From Victivallaceae bacterium (lineage in GTDB: Bacteria; Verrucomicrobiota; Lentisphaeria; Victivallales; Victivallaceae), in NCBI GenBank assembly GCA_963664605.1, contig OY761536.1, forward strand, positions 231,242 through 295,241: a DNA stretch of 64,000 nt, written 5' to 3'. Each line of letters opens with the position of its first letter. Position 1 is the stretch's first letter. The position numbers were made by a program, and so were the translations under genes. The notes under the pieces are model-generated. The model had not been told where the DNA came from and did no database searches. It saw only the letters and a list, made by a program, of their open reading frames with translations. Below are positions 18,772 through 27,417 of the stretch, piece by piece.

Positions 18772-20175
18772 ATGATTATTAAAAACGGGTATACCAATAG
18801 TCATGACTTACCGAAACCAGTCTTACCGCCGGAAAACGAAAAATTAATTGAACTTTATTATGATGCCTGGCGGCTCGCTAAAGAGCATGTAAGACACGAT
18901 GCGCGTTTCCCTGCCCCTTATTTCATGGACGAAGGTTTTTGCCCTGAATACTCCTGGGTCTGGGACACCTGCTTTATGTCCATGTTTTGCCGTTATGCCG
19001 CAGACCTTTTTCCCGGTATCGAATCACTTGACAACTTCTATGCAATCCAGAAAGAAGATGGTTACATAACCATGACCGTCCAGGTCGATACTGGTGATGA
19101 CGCCTATCCGCTTCCCCACGGAAGAATCAATCCCCCCCTATTCGCCTGGGTAGAATGGGACAACTATAAAATAACTGGAGACTCTTCACGCTTTGAGCGC
19201 GTCCTCCCGCATTTACTTAAGCTGGATGAATGGATAGAGAAAAACCGTCGCCGTGAAGATGGCTCGTATTGGTTTGCCGACTGCGGCTCTTCGGGCATGG
19301 ACAACTCGCCCCGCACCTGCCGCGTCGACAACTTCGGCAATAACACTAACTTTATTGATCTCGCCTCTCAGCAGGCTTTCGCTGCCAACTGTATAGCAAA
19401 AATAGCTAATGTAACCGGCAACCGGGAAACCGCCGCTAAATACCTTGCCCTTTTCAAAAAACGCTCTGATTTCATCAACGAAAAACTTTGGGCCTCCCGC
19501 GATCACTTTTATTACGATGCCTATCTGGACGGACATTTTACCGGGTGCAAAACCGTCGCTTCATTCTGGCCTATGCAGGCAGAGGTGGCAGCTCCCGTGC
19601 AAGCTGCAAAGCTGGTTGAACATCTGGAAAATCCCTCCGAGTTTAATCGACCGCACTCCATTCCCACCCTGTCTTACGACAATCCAAATTTCAAAGATGA
19701 TGGCGGATACTGGTTAGGAGCGGTTTGGGCTCCGACTAACTACATGGTGGTCAAAGGGCTTGAGAAATACGGATTCAACAAACAGGCAAAAGAAATTGCT
19801 ATTCGCCATCTAAGCCATATGAAAACCGTCTACGACGAGTGCACTCCTCACACAATATGGGAATGCTATTCATCCGAATTCTCCAGGCCGGCAGAACGCG
19901 AGGAAGGAGGACGCGTCAGGCCGGATTTTGTCGGATGGAGCGGCTTGGGACCGATTTCAATGCTTATTGAGAACATAATAGGTCTTCGTATAGACTACCC
20001 GGCTGGAAAAATAACTTGGTTCAGTAACGAGATAGGCGAACATGGTGTAGAAAACCTGCGCTTTGGCCCCCACAGGATCTCGGTTGTAGCCAAAGCAAGA
20101 AAATCTACAACCGAAATTCCTGAAATCATTGTGGAAGCCGATTGTAAAGTAGCCATCGATTTTCAAACGTTCTGA
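18772..20175 (+). CDS. (alpha/alpha)6-barrel glycoside hydrolase, GH63/MGH1/trehalase-like
   Basis: WVWDTCFMS, FADCGSSGMDNSPR, GGYWLGAVWAPTNYMVVKGLEKYG and WECYSSE blocks are typical of GH63-like enzymes. Confidence 0.6.
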   Translation: MIIKNGYTNSHDLPKPVLPPENEKLIELYYDAWRLAKEHVRHDARFPAPYFMDEGFCPEYSWVWDTCFMSMFCRYAADLFPGIESLDNFYAIQKEDGYITMTVQVDTGDDAYPLPHGRINPPLFAWVEWDNYKITGDSSRFERVLPHLLKLDEWIEKNRRREDGSYWFADCGSSGMDNSPRTCRVDNFGNNTNFIDLASQQAFAANCIAKIANVTGNRETAAKYLALFKKRSDFINEKLWASRDHFYYDAYLDGHFTGCKTVASFWPMQAEVAAPVQAAKLVEHLENPSEFNRPHSIPTLSYDNPNFKDDGGYWLGAVWAPTNYMVVKGLEKYGFNKQAKEIAIRHLSHMKTVYDECTPHTIWECYSSEFSRPAEREEGGRVRPDFVGWSGLGPISMLIENIIGLRIDYPAGKITWFSNEIGEHGVENLRFGPHRISVVAKARKSTTEIPEIIVEADCKVAIDFQTF

Positions 20176-20226
20176 AAATTAAAAGTAGAATAAGCATACA
20201 AAGACAATATCAATTTGCGTTCAAAA

Positions 20227-21324
20227 CTATAAAACAGCTTGAAAACTTATTAATTCTCTTTGCCTTTCCCGAAGTCTGATAATATTTTCATACCGTCCGA
20301 ATTCGGGGTGGAGATTATTGTCTTTCCCGCAGCCCAGTTCAAGGCCTTCACCCGGCTGGTTATGGTCATCAGAACCATTTGTAAAAAGCAATGGAAGCTT
20401 ACCAGGGTGCTCACGGTTATAGCGTTGCCGCAGGCCTTCAAAAACCTCTATCTGAGGCAGACCGCATTCCGGGCATATTGCATTGCGCCAGCCATCGACC
20501 TCAAGAGTCTGCAAACCGCATTCTGCCAGTTCACAAATAATTTTATACAAATCTTCATTGCCGAGCTTTTCTTTGCTCCGCAACTCCGTTGGATGCGCAA
20601 TTCCCGGCAGCCCGCCCCATTTCCTTATGTGTTTTACAAATGCTTCAGGAGAAATATCCATATCCAGTTCCAACGACACATTCAACATATCATCACGAGT
20701 AGTATAACTCCCGTGAAAATGCTTGACATCGCTAGACAATCCAGCCTCAGCTAACCGCAAGCCGTATTTCTGCCACATGATGACGCTGATGTCACCTTTA
20801 GTGGAAACCCCGTTACGGACAAAACGGTCAATATCAGCGGGCGTTATTTCGGCAGAAAAGTTTAGTTTTGCAAAACATGCCGGTACTCGTGCCATCATAG
20901 CGCTTAATTGCTTTTCCTTGGCTGCCCGGATGGGTTCGCAAATCTCATCAAAAACTCCCGAATCAAGCTCTTTTAAAAAACATTCCCGGTCCGGGAAATG
21001 TCCTATAATCTCAATTCCTGAACGGTCAGTATAAAATTCAATCGCCGGAATAATATCTATTCCGAAAATCTTTCCAGCTTCAATAGCTTCCCGTTGGCCG
21101 TCAACTACGTCGTGGTCGGAAATCGCTATGCCTTTCATCCCTCGCCGCCAAGCCTCGAACACCCTGCCGGACGGGGAATTGTAGCCATCAGAATAAAAAG
21201 AATGACAATGCAGATCCGCCTCACAAACCGCATACATATCGGGTCTAAAGTTTTCTGCGAGCCAGCGCGCGGCCTCAAGACGTTTTTCAACTTTGCAATG
21301 AAAATCATTTATTTGTATCAGCAC
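20227..21324 (-). CDS. PHP domain-containing metal-dependent phosphoesterase
   Basis: ADLHCHSFYSDG ... GIAISDHD ... GIAHP ... GSDDH PHP motifs. Confidence 0.75.
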   Translation of the reverse strand: MLIQINDFHCKVEKRLEAARWLAENFRPDMYAVCEADLHCHSFYSDGYNSPSGRVFEAWRRGMKGIAISDHDVVDGQREAIEAGKIFGIDIIPAIEFYTDRSGIEIIGHFPDRECFLKELDSGVFDEICEPIRAAKEKQLSAMMARVPACFAKLNFSAEITPADIDRFVRNGVSTKGDISVIMWQKYGLRLAEAGLSSDVKHFHGSYTTRDDMLNVSLELDMDISPEAFVKHIRKWGGLPGIAHPTELRSKEKLGNEDLYKIICELAECGLQTLEVDGWRNAICPECGLPQIEVFEGLRQRYNREHPGKLPLLFTNGSDDHNQPGEGLELGCGKDNNLHPEFGRYENIIRLRERQRELISFQAVL

Positions 21325-21668
21325 ATTTATTCCTTTTTTATCAAAATTTACACAGCGAATAATAAATATATTATCTTTTATAATTTTTTATAGTAAAAGA
21401 ACGGCTAAAAGCCTGAAATATTTGTTTCGTCAGAGCTTTGCAGGAAAGCCGTTTACCATTGATTAATATTATTTTTATATTAAAATGATATTTTTGTATT
21501 AAATAAAACGGGAATATCACAGGATGTTTTCTTGAAATTTTGATTATTTCATGTTATTTTACAACATGTCGGATAGTCTATGTTTTGTGGTTTAACATAT
21601 TCTGTTTAGAATAATTTATTGATGAAAACAAAATCATATATAAGAGAAGATGCGGGAAAACAACGGTT

Positions 21669-21941
21669 ATGGCAGAGGCGCAGAAGAAAGTAAAAATTAT
21701 AAACACCCTTGGTTTGCATGCCCGGCCCGCATCATTATTTGTTAAAGTCGCAACCAGTTTTAAGTCTGAAATAATTGTTGAAAAGGACGGAGAAGAAGTA
21801 AACGGTAAAAGTCTGATGGGGCTGCTAATGCTTGCCGCCGCATCAGGAAGCATTATTAATATTTCAGCAAAAGGTGAAGACTGCGAACATGCTTTAAAAG
21901 CTATTGTTGAATTAATAGAAAGAAAATTTGAAGAGGAATAA
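21669..21941 (+). CDS. ptsH: Phosphocarrier protein HPr
   Basis: GLHARPA (His15 site) and VNGKSLMGLLML (Ser46 site). Confidence 0.9.
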   Translation: MAEAQKKVKIINTLGLHARPASLFVKVATSFKSEIIVEKDGEEVNGKSLMGLLMLAAASGSIINISAKGEDCEHALKAIVELIERKFEEE

Positions 21942-21946
21942 GCATA

Positions 21947-23737
21947 GTGTCTGAAGCAAAAGAGAAAATATATCACGGTATCGGAGCTTCTCCCGGCATT
22001 GCGATCGGAAAAGTACTGCTCATCAAAGAACACAGCACATCCTATGTCAAACCGGAAGATACTACTATTACCCCAGAACAGGTTGACGCTGAAATTGAAA
22101 AATTTGACAGGGCTTTGAATAGAACCCGTAACGAACTTGAAGATCTTCAAAAGCGGGTACTTAATAAACTTCAATCTCATGAAGCAAGCATCTTTGACGC
22201 ACATCTGCTGATCGTTGACGACCAAATGCTGCAGAGCGAAGTACATGATAGTATAAGAAACCAACTAATCTCTGCCGATTGTGCTTTTTTCAAGATCATG
22301 GAACGTTATGTCACAGCGATTTCGGTCATGAAAGACGATTATATAAAAGAACGGGTCGCGGATATAAAGGATGTCGCCTCAAGGGTATTAGCCAATCTGC
22401 GGGAAACAAACCGCCCCGCCCTGGATTACCTTGAGGACATGCGAATTATAATCGCTCACGACTTGACCCCTTCGGACACAGTCCTGCTTGACCGCCAGAA
22501 AGTACAGGCTTTCGCGATTGAGAGCGGCAGCAATACGTCACACACGGCAATTCTCGCACGCTCAATGCAGATACCGTCCGTTGTTAATATTCAGGGAAAC
22601 ATAGTCGATAAACTTGAAAATGATGATAATATAATTGTTGACGGCTTTATCGGCACAGTTATTGTCCATCCCAGCGAAAAGACCCGCAAAGCTTATCAGT
22701 TGAAGGCAAAAGAGGAAGGGCGTTTTTATATTGATTTGATTCGTGAAAGCCGCCTCCGTCCGGAAACCCTTGACGGCTTCACCGTACAGTTGGCTTCCAA
22801 TATTGAAACTCTGGCAGACATCCAGACCGCAAAAAAATTCGGCACTAGCGGAGTCGGTTTGTTCCGTACCGAATATATGTATATGGGGAACAAGGAACTG
22901 CCCACGGAAGAAGCCCAGGTAGAAACATTTAAAAACTTAATCAAAGAAATGAATGGAGAGCCTGTAATCGTCAGGACACTGGATATCGGCGGCGATAAAT
23001 ATTGCGAAAACTTGTCGCTCCGCAAAGAAGCCAATCCGTTTTTGGGGCTGCGTGCAATCCGGCTCTGCCTGCATGAATGTCAGGATGTTTTCCGAACTCA
23101 ACTGCGTGCTCTGCTTCGGGCGGGAGCTATTGGAAACCTTAAAATAATGCTGCCGATGATCTCATGCGTTCAGGAAGTATTGCAAGTTAAGAAGATCATT
23201 GAAAATTTGAAAAAAGAACTATCCAAAGAAGGCCTGCCTTTCAACCGCAATATTGAAGTAGGTATTATGATCGAGACTCCAGCCGCGGCATTAATGGCGG
23301 AACATTTCGCTAAACACGTTGACTTTTTCAGTATCGGCACGAATGATCTGATCCAATATACTATCGCTATCGACCGTGATAATGAAAGGGTATCTTATCT
23401 CTATGAACCAACCAATCCGGCAATCCTGTATTTAATAAAAAATGTTGTGGAAGCCGCTAAAAAGAACCGTATTTGGGTCAGCGTCTGCGGACAAATGGCA
23501 GGCAGCCCGCAATATGTTCCATTGCTGCTGGGGATGGGCGTACATGAATTAAGCATGGTTCCAATGTCTCTTGGCGCGATACGACGTATTATTCGCAAGC
23601 TGAATATGCATGAGGCTGAAGTCGCGGCAGAAAAAGCATTGAAATGCTCAAAAGCACAGGATGCTTTGAACATTTCATTGGAACTGCTAAAGAAGATTGA
23701 ACCGGAAATCACCGATCTGGCATTCCGCGGGTTATAG
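21947..23737 (+). CDS. ptsI: Phosphoenolpyruvate-protein phosphotransferase (PTS Enzyme I)
   Basis: GSNTSHTAILARSMQIPSV phospho-His region, GLFRTEYMYM and FFSIGTNDLIQYT. GTG start 5 nt after the ptsH stop. Confidence 0.92.
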   Translation: MSEAKEKIYHGIGASPGIAIGKVLLIKEHSTSYVKPEDTTITPEQVDAEIEKFDRALNRTRNELEDLQKRVLNKLQSHEASIFDAHLLIVDDQMLQSEVHDSIRNQLISADCAFFKIMERYVTAISVMKDDYIKERVADIKDVASRVLANLRETNRPALDYLEDMRIIIAHDLTPSDTVLLDRQKVQAFAIESGSNTSHTAILARSMQIPSVVNIQGNIVDKLENDDNIIVDGFIGTVIVHPSEKTRKAYQLKAKEEGRFYIDLIRESRLRPETLDGFTVQLASNIETLADIQTAKKFGTSGVGLFRTEYMYMGNKELPTEEAQVETFKNLIKEMNGEPVIVRTLDIGGDKYCENLSLRKEANPFLGLRAIRLCLHECQDVFRTQLRALLRAGAIGNLKIMLPMISCVQEVLQVKKIIENLKKELSKEGLPFNRNIEVGIMIETPAAALMAEHFAKHVDFFSIGTNDLIQYTIAIDRDNERVSYLYEPTNPAILYLIKNVVEAAKKNRIWVSVCGQMAGSPQYVPLLLGMGVHELSMVPMSLGAIRRIIRKLNMHEAEVAAEKALKCSKAQDALNISLELLKKIEPEITDLAFRGL

Positions 23738-23739
23738 AT

Positions 23740-24432
23740 ATGGACGGCATAAAGGTAATCGCTTTTGATGCAGATGACACCTTATGGGAAAATCAACCTC
23801 ATTTCACCCAGACTATAAACGAATTTACTAAGCTTTTAAAACCGTATTGCTCTGAGGGGACAAGTGAAAAGGCCATCCTTGCCGCTCAAGTTGATAATCT
23901 TCCGATATATGGCTTCGGCGCCAGATCTTTAACTTTATCAATGCTTCAGACCGCTTGTAAATTATCAAATCACCATATTGATGCTTTAGGTATTGAAAAA
24001 ATAATTGAACTCGGCAGAAAACTTCTGACCATGCCGGTCGAACTTTTAGATTCTGCTGAAGAAGTCATAAAAGAGCTCAAAGGGAAATACCGCCTGATAT
24101 TGATAACCAAGGGGGATTTGGTGGAACAGGAACGCAAATTGCGCGATTCAGGTTTAAGCAAATATTTTCATCATATTGAAATATTGAGTGATAAAAGAAT
24201 AGAAGATTACAAAAATTTATTTGACCGGCTTGATGTGACACCGAAAGAATTTATCATGATAGGAAATTCCCTGAAATCAGATATAATCCCGGTTCTTGAA
24301 CTGAACGCCAAAGCTATTTACATTCCATATCACAGCACCTGGGAGCACGAGCACGTTAGCGACTATGACTTAGGGCATAAGAATCTGACTAAAATAGAAA
24401 AATTAAGCGATCTGATTGGAATGCTCATATAA
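23740..24432 (+). CDS. HAD-superfamily hydrolase
   Basis: AFDADDTLW (DxDxT), ILITKGD and IMIGNSLKSDI motifs. Confidence 0.8.
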   Translation: MDGIKVIAFDADDTLWENQPHFTQTINEFTKLLKPYCSEGTSEKAILAAQVDNLPIYGFGARSLTLSMLQTACKLSNHHIDALGIEKIIELGRKLLTMPVELLDSAEEVIKELKGKYRLILITKGDLVEQERKLRDSGLSKYFHHIEILSDKRIEDYKNLFDRLDVTPKEFIMIGNSLKSDIIPVLELNAKAIYIPYHSTWEHEHVSDYDLGHKNLTKIEKLSDLIGMLI

Positions 24433-24434
24433 AT

Positions 24435-25739
24435 TTATGGTTCAATGAGTTTGCTTGTTTCGCTTTCCCCTTCAGCGAGAGTGGCAATACTCTGAGGCAT
24501 TTCCTTTTTGACTTTCACACCAAGCTCAACAAAACCTTCAGCCTGACGGATTAAATTACCTTTGCCAAGAGTCAGTTTGTTCATCGCATCCTGATAAGTT
24601 TTATCAACTGTATCAAGTTGTTTGCCTATTTTTTCGAAGTCTTCAAGGAAACCGCGCAGTTTGTCATAGACCGCACCCGCCTTATCAGCAATCTGCCTGG
24701 AATTTTCATTCTGCCGCTCGTAACGCCAAATGTTCTCAATAGTACGTAAAGTCGCCAGCAAAGTCGTCGGGGTTACAACCACTATTTTCTTTTCAAAGGC
24801 GGTATTGAAAAGCTTTTCATCGGATTGAAAAGCCGCCATAAAAGCAGCGTCTATCGGCATGAACAGCAAGATAAAATCTAAAGAACGCAAGCCCTTAAGA
24901 CTGGAATAATCCTTACCGCTGAGATTATTTATATGTTCGCGCACCGAGTGAACATGAGCGGCAAGAGCTTTTTTTTGTTCGTCCGCATTATCGCTGTTAA
25001 TATATTCATTGTAATGGATCAATGATACCTTGGAGTCAATTATTATGTCTTTTCCTTCAGGCAGATGAATGATGACGTCAGGCTTAAGAAGGCTGTTTTC
25101 CGTATTGCGGAAAGCTTTTTGTATCTCGTATTCCCTGCCTTTTCTTAACCCGGATTGCTCAAGGACTTTTTCAAGAATCATTTCTCCCCAATTTCCCTGG
25201 GCTTTATTGTCGCCTTTCAAAGCCCGCGTAAGGCTTTTGGCTTCTTTATTCATTTCCTGATTAAGGGTTTGAAGTTGTTCAATATGCCCCCGCAGGGTAT
25301 TTCTGTCCTTTGCGTCTTCGTGATGAATTTCGTCAACGCGTTTTCGAAAATCCCCCAACTGGGTATGCATGGGTTTAAGGAGTTCGTTCAGACTGCTTTT
25401 ATTCTGTTCCGCAAAGCGTTTGCTTTTTTCCTCCAGAATTTTATTTGCCAGGTTTTCGAATTCCACAGTCATGCGTTTTTTGACTTCTTCAAACTCCTTA
25501 AGACGTTCTTCATTCTGTTTTTTTTGTTCCTCAAGGCGGGTTTTAAGCTCAGAATGACCTGCCATACTGCTTGCCGCCTGTTCGGTAAGGGTGTTTATTT
25601 TTTCATCCTTTTCCGCAAGAGCAGCCTCCAGCCGGGCAAGCTGCGCCTTGCGTTCCTTTGAAATAAAATAGTGGATCAGGAGGCCCAGAGCCAGCCCCAG
25701 AAGCAAAGCGATTAAAGGATAAATTGTTTCCATTGTCAT
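24435..25739 (-). CDS. rmuC: DNA recombination protein RmuC
   Basis: N-terminal TM, a long Lys/Glu coiled coil and a C-terminal RmuC nuclease-like block (PDVIIHLPEGKDIIIDSKVSL ... DFILLFMP). Confidence 0.88.
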   Translation of the reverse strand: MTMETIYPLIALLLGLALGLLIHYFISKERKAQLARLEAALAEKDEKINTLTEQAASSMAGHSELKTRLEEQKKQNEERLKEFEEVKKRMTVEFENLANKILEEKSKRFAEQNKSSLNELLKPMHTQLGDFRKRVDEIHHEDAKDRNTLRGHIEQLQTLNQEMNKEAKSLTRALKGDNKAQGNWGEMILEKVLEQSGLRKGREYEIQKAFRNTENSLLKPDVIIHLPEGKDIIIDSKVSLIHYNEYINSDNADEQKKALAAHVHSVREHINNLSGKDYSSLKGLRSLDFILLFMPIDAAFMAAFQSDEKLFNTAFEKKIVVVTPTTLLATLRTIENIWRYERQNENSRQIADKAGAVYDKLRGFLEDFEKIGKQLDTVDKTYQDAMNKLTLGKGNLIRQAEGFVELGVKVKKEMPQSIATLAEGESETSKLIEP

Positions 25740-25904
25740 TCCGTGAAATTTATTTTATAATTATAACAATAGCACATGAAAGAATATGCACAAGTTATCT
25801 TATCCAGATACTTTTAAAGAAATCCAGCTCTTATTTCGAGAACCGGTTGACAAGTTTTTTTATTGGTAAGAGGCACATGGGGTGTTTCTGAAAAATAAAA
25901 AATG

Positions 25905-25982
25905 TATCCACGAATCATACAAATTATCACTAAACATTCGTGAAGTTCGTGTAGTTCATGGATGAAAAAGGAGAGCAATAAA
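25905..25982 (+). promoter_or_regulatory. Leader element copy 1 (inverted CACGAA plus three tandem 9-nt TTCGYG units abutting the RBS)
   Basis: TCCACGAAT at 25907-25915. ATTCGTGAA/GTTCGTGTA/GTTCATGGA at 25936-25962, then AAGGAG at 25968-25973. About 80 percent identical by hand alignment to copy 2. Confidence 0.6.
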
Positions 25983-26411
25983 ATGCAGGATGTTCAAAGG
26001 AATGATTTCAAGTTCGGTTCAGGAGAAGTCACATACAAAGGTACTTTCCTCGGTCAAAGCCGTGGAGTCATCGGAATCAGCAGAAAAACCAGTGTCCACG
26101 AAGTTAAAAAAGATTCAAACTCAATTGTCGCGGATTGCTCAGTAATAACCGGGATCAGACTGGAAATTTCAATGACTCTGCTTGCCACAGACGCCAGCGT
26201 GGAGGAATTCTTCAATCTGCAAACTTTACTACTTTCCCCGTTAATAGGTTCCGACCTCTCCGCCACCGCCGGAACGTTGGTCATTAAGCTTGATGACACA
26301 GGTGTCGAACATACTTTTTCCAATGTCGTCATCGATCCTGGTTTCAAACATTATTTGGGGAGTGATGACAACATCATTGATGTGGTTTTCTACAGTTACA
26401 GCAACTCATAA
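25983..26411 (+). CDS. Hypothetical beta-rich protein A (142 aa), possibly with a phage tail-tube-like fold
   Basis: The start was chosen at the ATG 9 nt after AAGGAG, parallel to the gene B start. The N-terminal FKFGSGEVTYKGTFLGQS and later blocks are paralogous to gene B. Confidence 0.55.
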   Translation: MQDVQRNDFKFGSGEVTYKGTFLGQSRGVIGISRKTSVHEVKKDSNSIVADCSVITGIRLEISMTLLATDASVEEFFNLQTLLLSPLIGSDLSATAGTLVIKLDDTGVEHTFSNVVIDPGFKHYLGSDDNIIDVVFYSYSNS

Positions 26412-26424
26412 AATAACAAAGGCA

Positions 26425-26505
26425 TATCCACGAATCACACAGATTGACACGAAAGAAGCATTCGTAAAATTCGCGTAGTTCGTGGACAAAAAAGGAGAAT
26501 AAATT
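26425..26505 (+). promoter_or_regulatory. Leader element copy 2 (intercistronic)
   Basis: TCCACGAAT at 26427-26435 and an extra CACGAA at 26448-26453. ATTCGTAAA/ATTCGCGTA/GTTCGTGGA at 26460-26486, then AAGGAG. A perfect 8-bp inverted repeat TCCACGAA/TTCGTGGA is present. Confidence 0.6.
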
Positions 26506-27399
26506 ATGTCATCAGAAACACAAAACTTCAAAATCGGTCCTTGTTCAATCACCTACAAGGGCGAACTGCTGGGAATTACTAATAACTCGTCTATTTTAAG
26601 CTTCAGTTTTAATTATTATGATGTAAAATGCAACAAAACTCACGATCAGGTTCTCGAAAAACGTTTAACTGGTATTGAGATCACCTTTAAAACAGAAATT
26701 TTACAAGTAGATAAAGGATTGGATTTTATTTTTGACGGCAACAATACTCTGACTTTGGATGAGCTGGGGAAACGCATGAGTCATGAAGGTGGAGAATTAT
26801 TAATCGTCCCGATAAATCCTAACGACAAAACCGCATATCGTCTACCAAACGCTATCGTTGTGAATAATAGTGACTGCAGTTTTAATACAAACGAAGAATA
26901 TGCGTTAAAGTTGGAATTTGAGGCCAATTACAATGACGGCGAGGAAATCCTGATTCAGCGTCTGGATGCCGACAGTCTGGAAAGAGCAAGTTTGCCCAGC
27001 ATTAATGATATTGATTCAATCGTTTTTGAGCGAGCTATGACCACATATATCGCTGATAAAATGAACATGACTGTTGATAGTGATATTTTCCGTAGTGGAG
27101 TTCCGTTAAATATTGAGGGGTGCGGTGTAGAGCTTGTAGGACAGCAAACTGATGATTCGTTAAGATGTCAACGGTATGTTGTTCGTTTCTCCTGCCTTAA
27201 TAACTCTCGTGACACCGTAATGGAAACTATCAATATTTTCAATTCTCAATTCCCGGTATACGGTGAAAGCATTAATGTTGACGGTGAAGATATTGAATGC
27301 AAGACCATCTTGAGAAATTTTAGTGAGTATGAACGTACAATCAGCGACAGCGGAAAAATCAAGATTCTTGGTGAATCGGTATTGACTGTAATAATCTAG
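26506..27399 (+). CDS. Hypothetical protein B (297 aa): an A-like N-terminal domain plus an extra C-terminal alpha/beta domain (tail-terminator-like pattern)
   Basis: FKIGPCSITYKGELLGIT, LTGIEITFKTEIL and GELLIVPIN parallel protein A. The C-terminus contains IFRSGVPLNIEG ... RYVVRFSCLNNSRD. Confidence 0.55.
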   Translation: MSSETQNFKIGPCSITYKGELLGITNNSSILSFSFNYYDVKCNKTHDQVLEKRLTGIEITFKTEILQVDKGLDFIFDGNNTLTLDELGKRMSHEGGELLIVPINPNDKTAYRLPNAIVVNNSDCSFNTNEEYALKLEFEANYNDGEEILIQRLDADSLERASLPSINDIDSIVFERAMTTYIADKMNMTVDSDIFRSGVPLNIEGCGVELVGQQTDDSLRCQRYVVRFSCLNNSRDTVMETINIFNSQFPVYGESINVDGEDIECKTILRNFSEYERTISDSGKIKILGESVLTVII

Positions 27400-27417
27400 A
27401 ACCCTGGAAAATAAAAA

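Noticed and set aside
21578-22264. A 228-aa minus-strand ORF spanning the ptsH gene and the start of ptsI.
   Set aside because: It is antisense to two strongly recognisable conserved genes (HPr, Enzyme I), the predicted protein is low-complexity and Phe/Ser-rich, and it has no RBS. It is a shadow ORF.
25155-25661. 168-aa and 62-aa plus-strand ORFs inside rmuC.
   Set aside because: They mirror the Lys/Glu-rich coiled-coil codons of rmuC (Phe/Leu-rich antisense translation), and the RmuC frame is clearly the real one.
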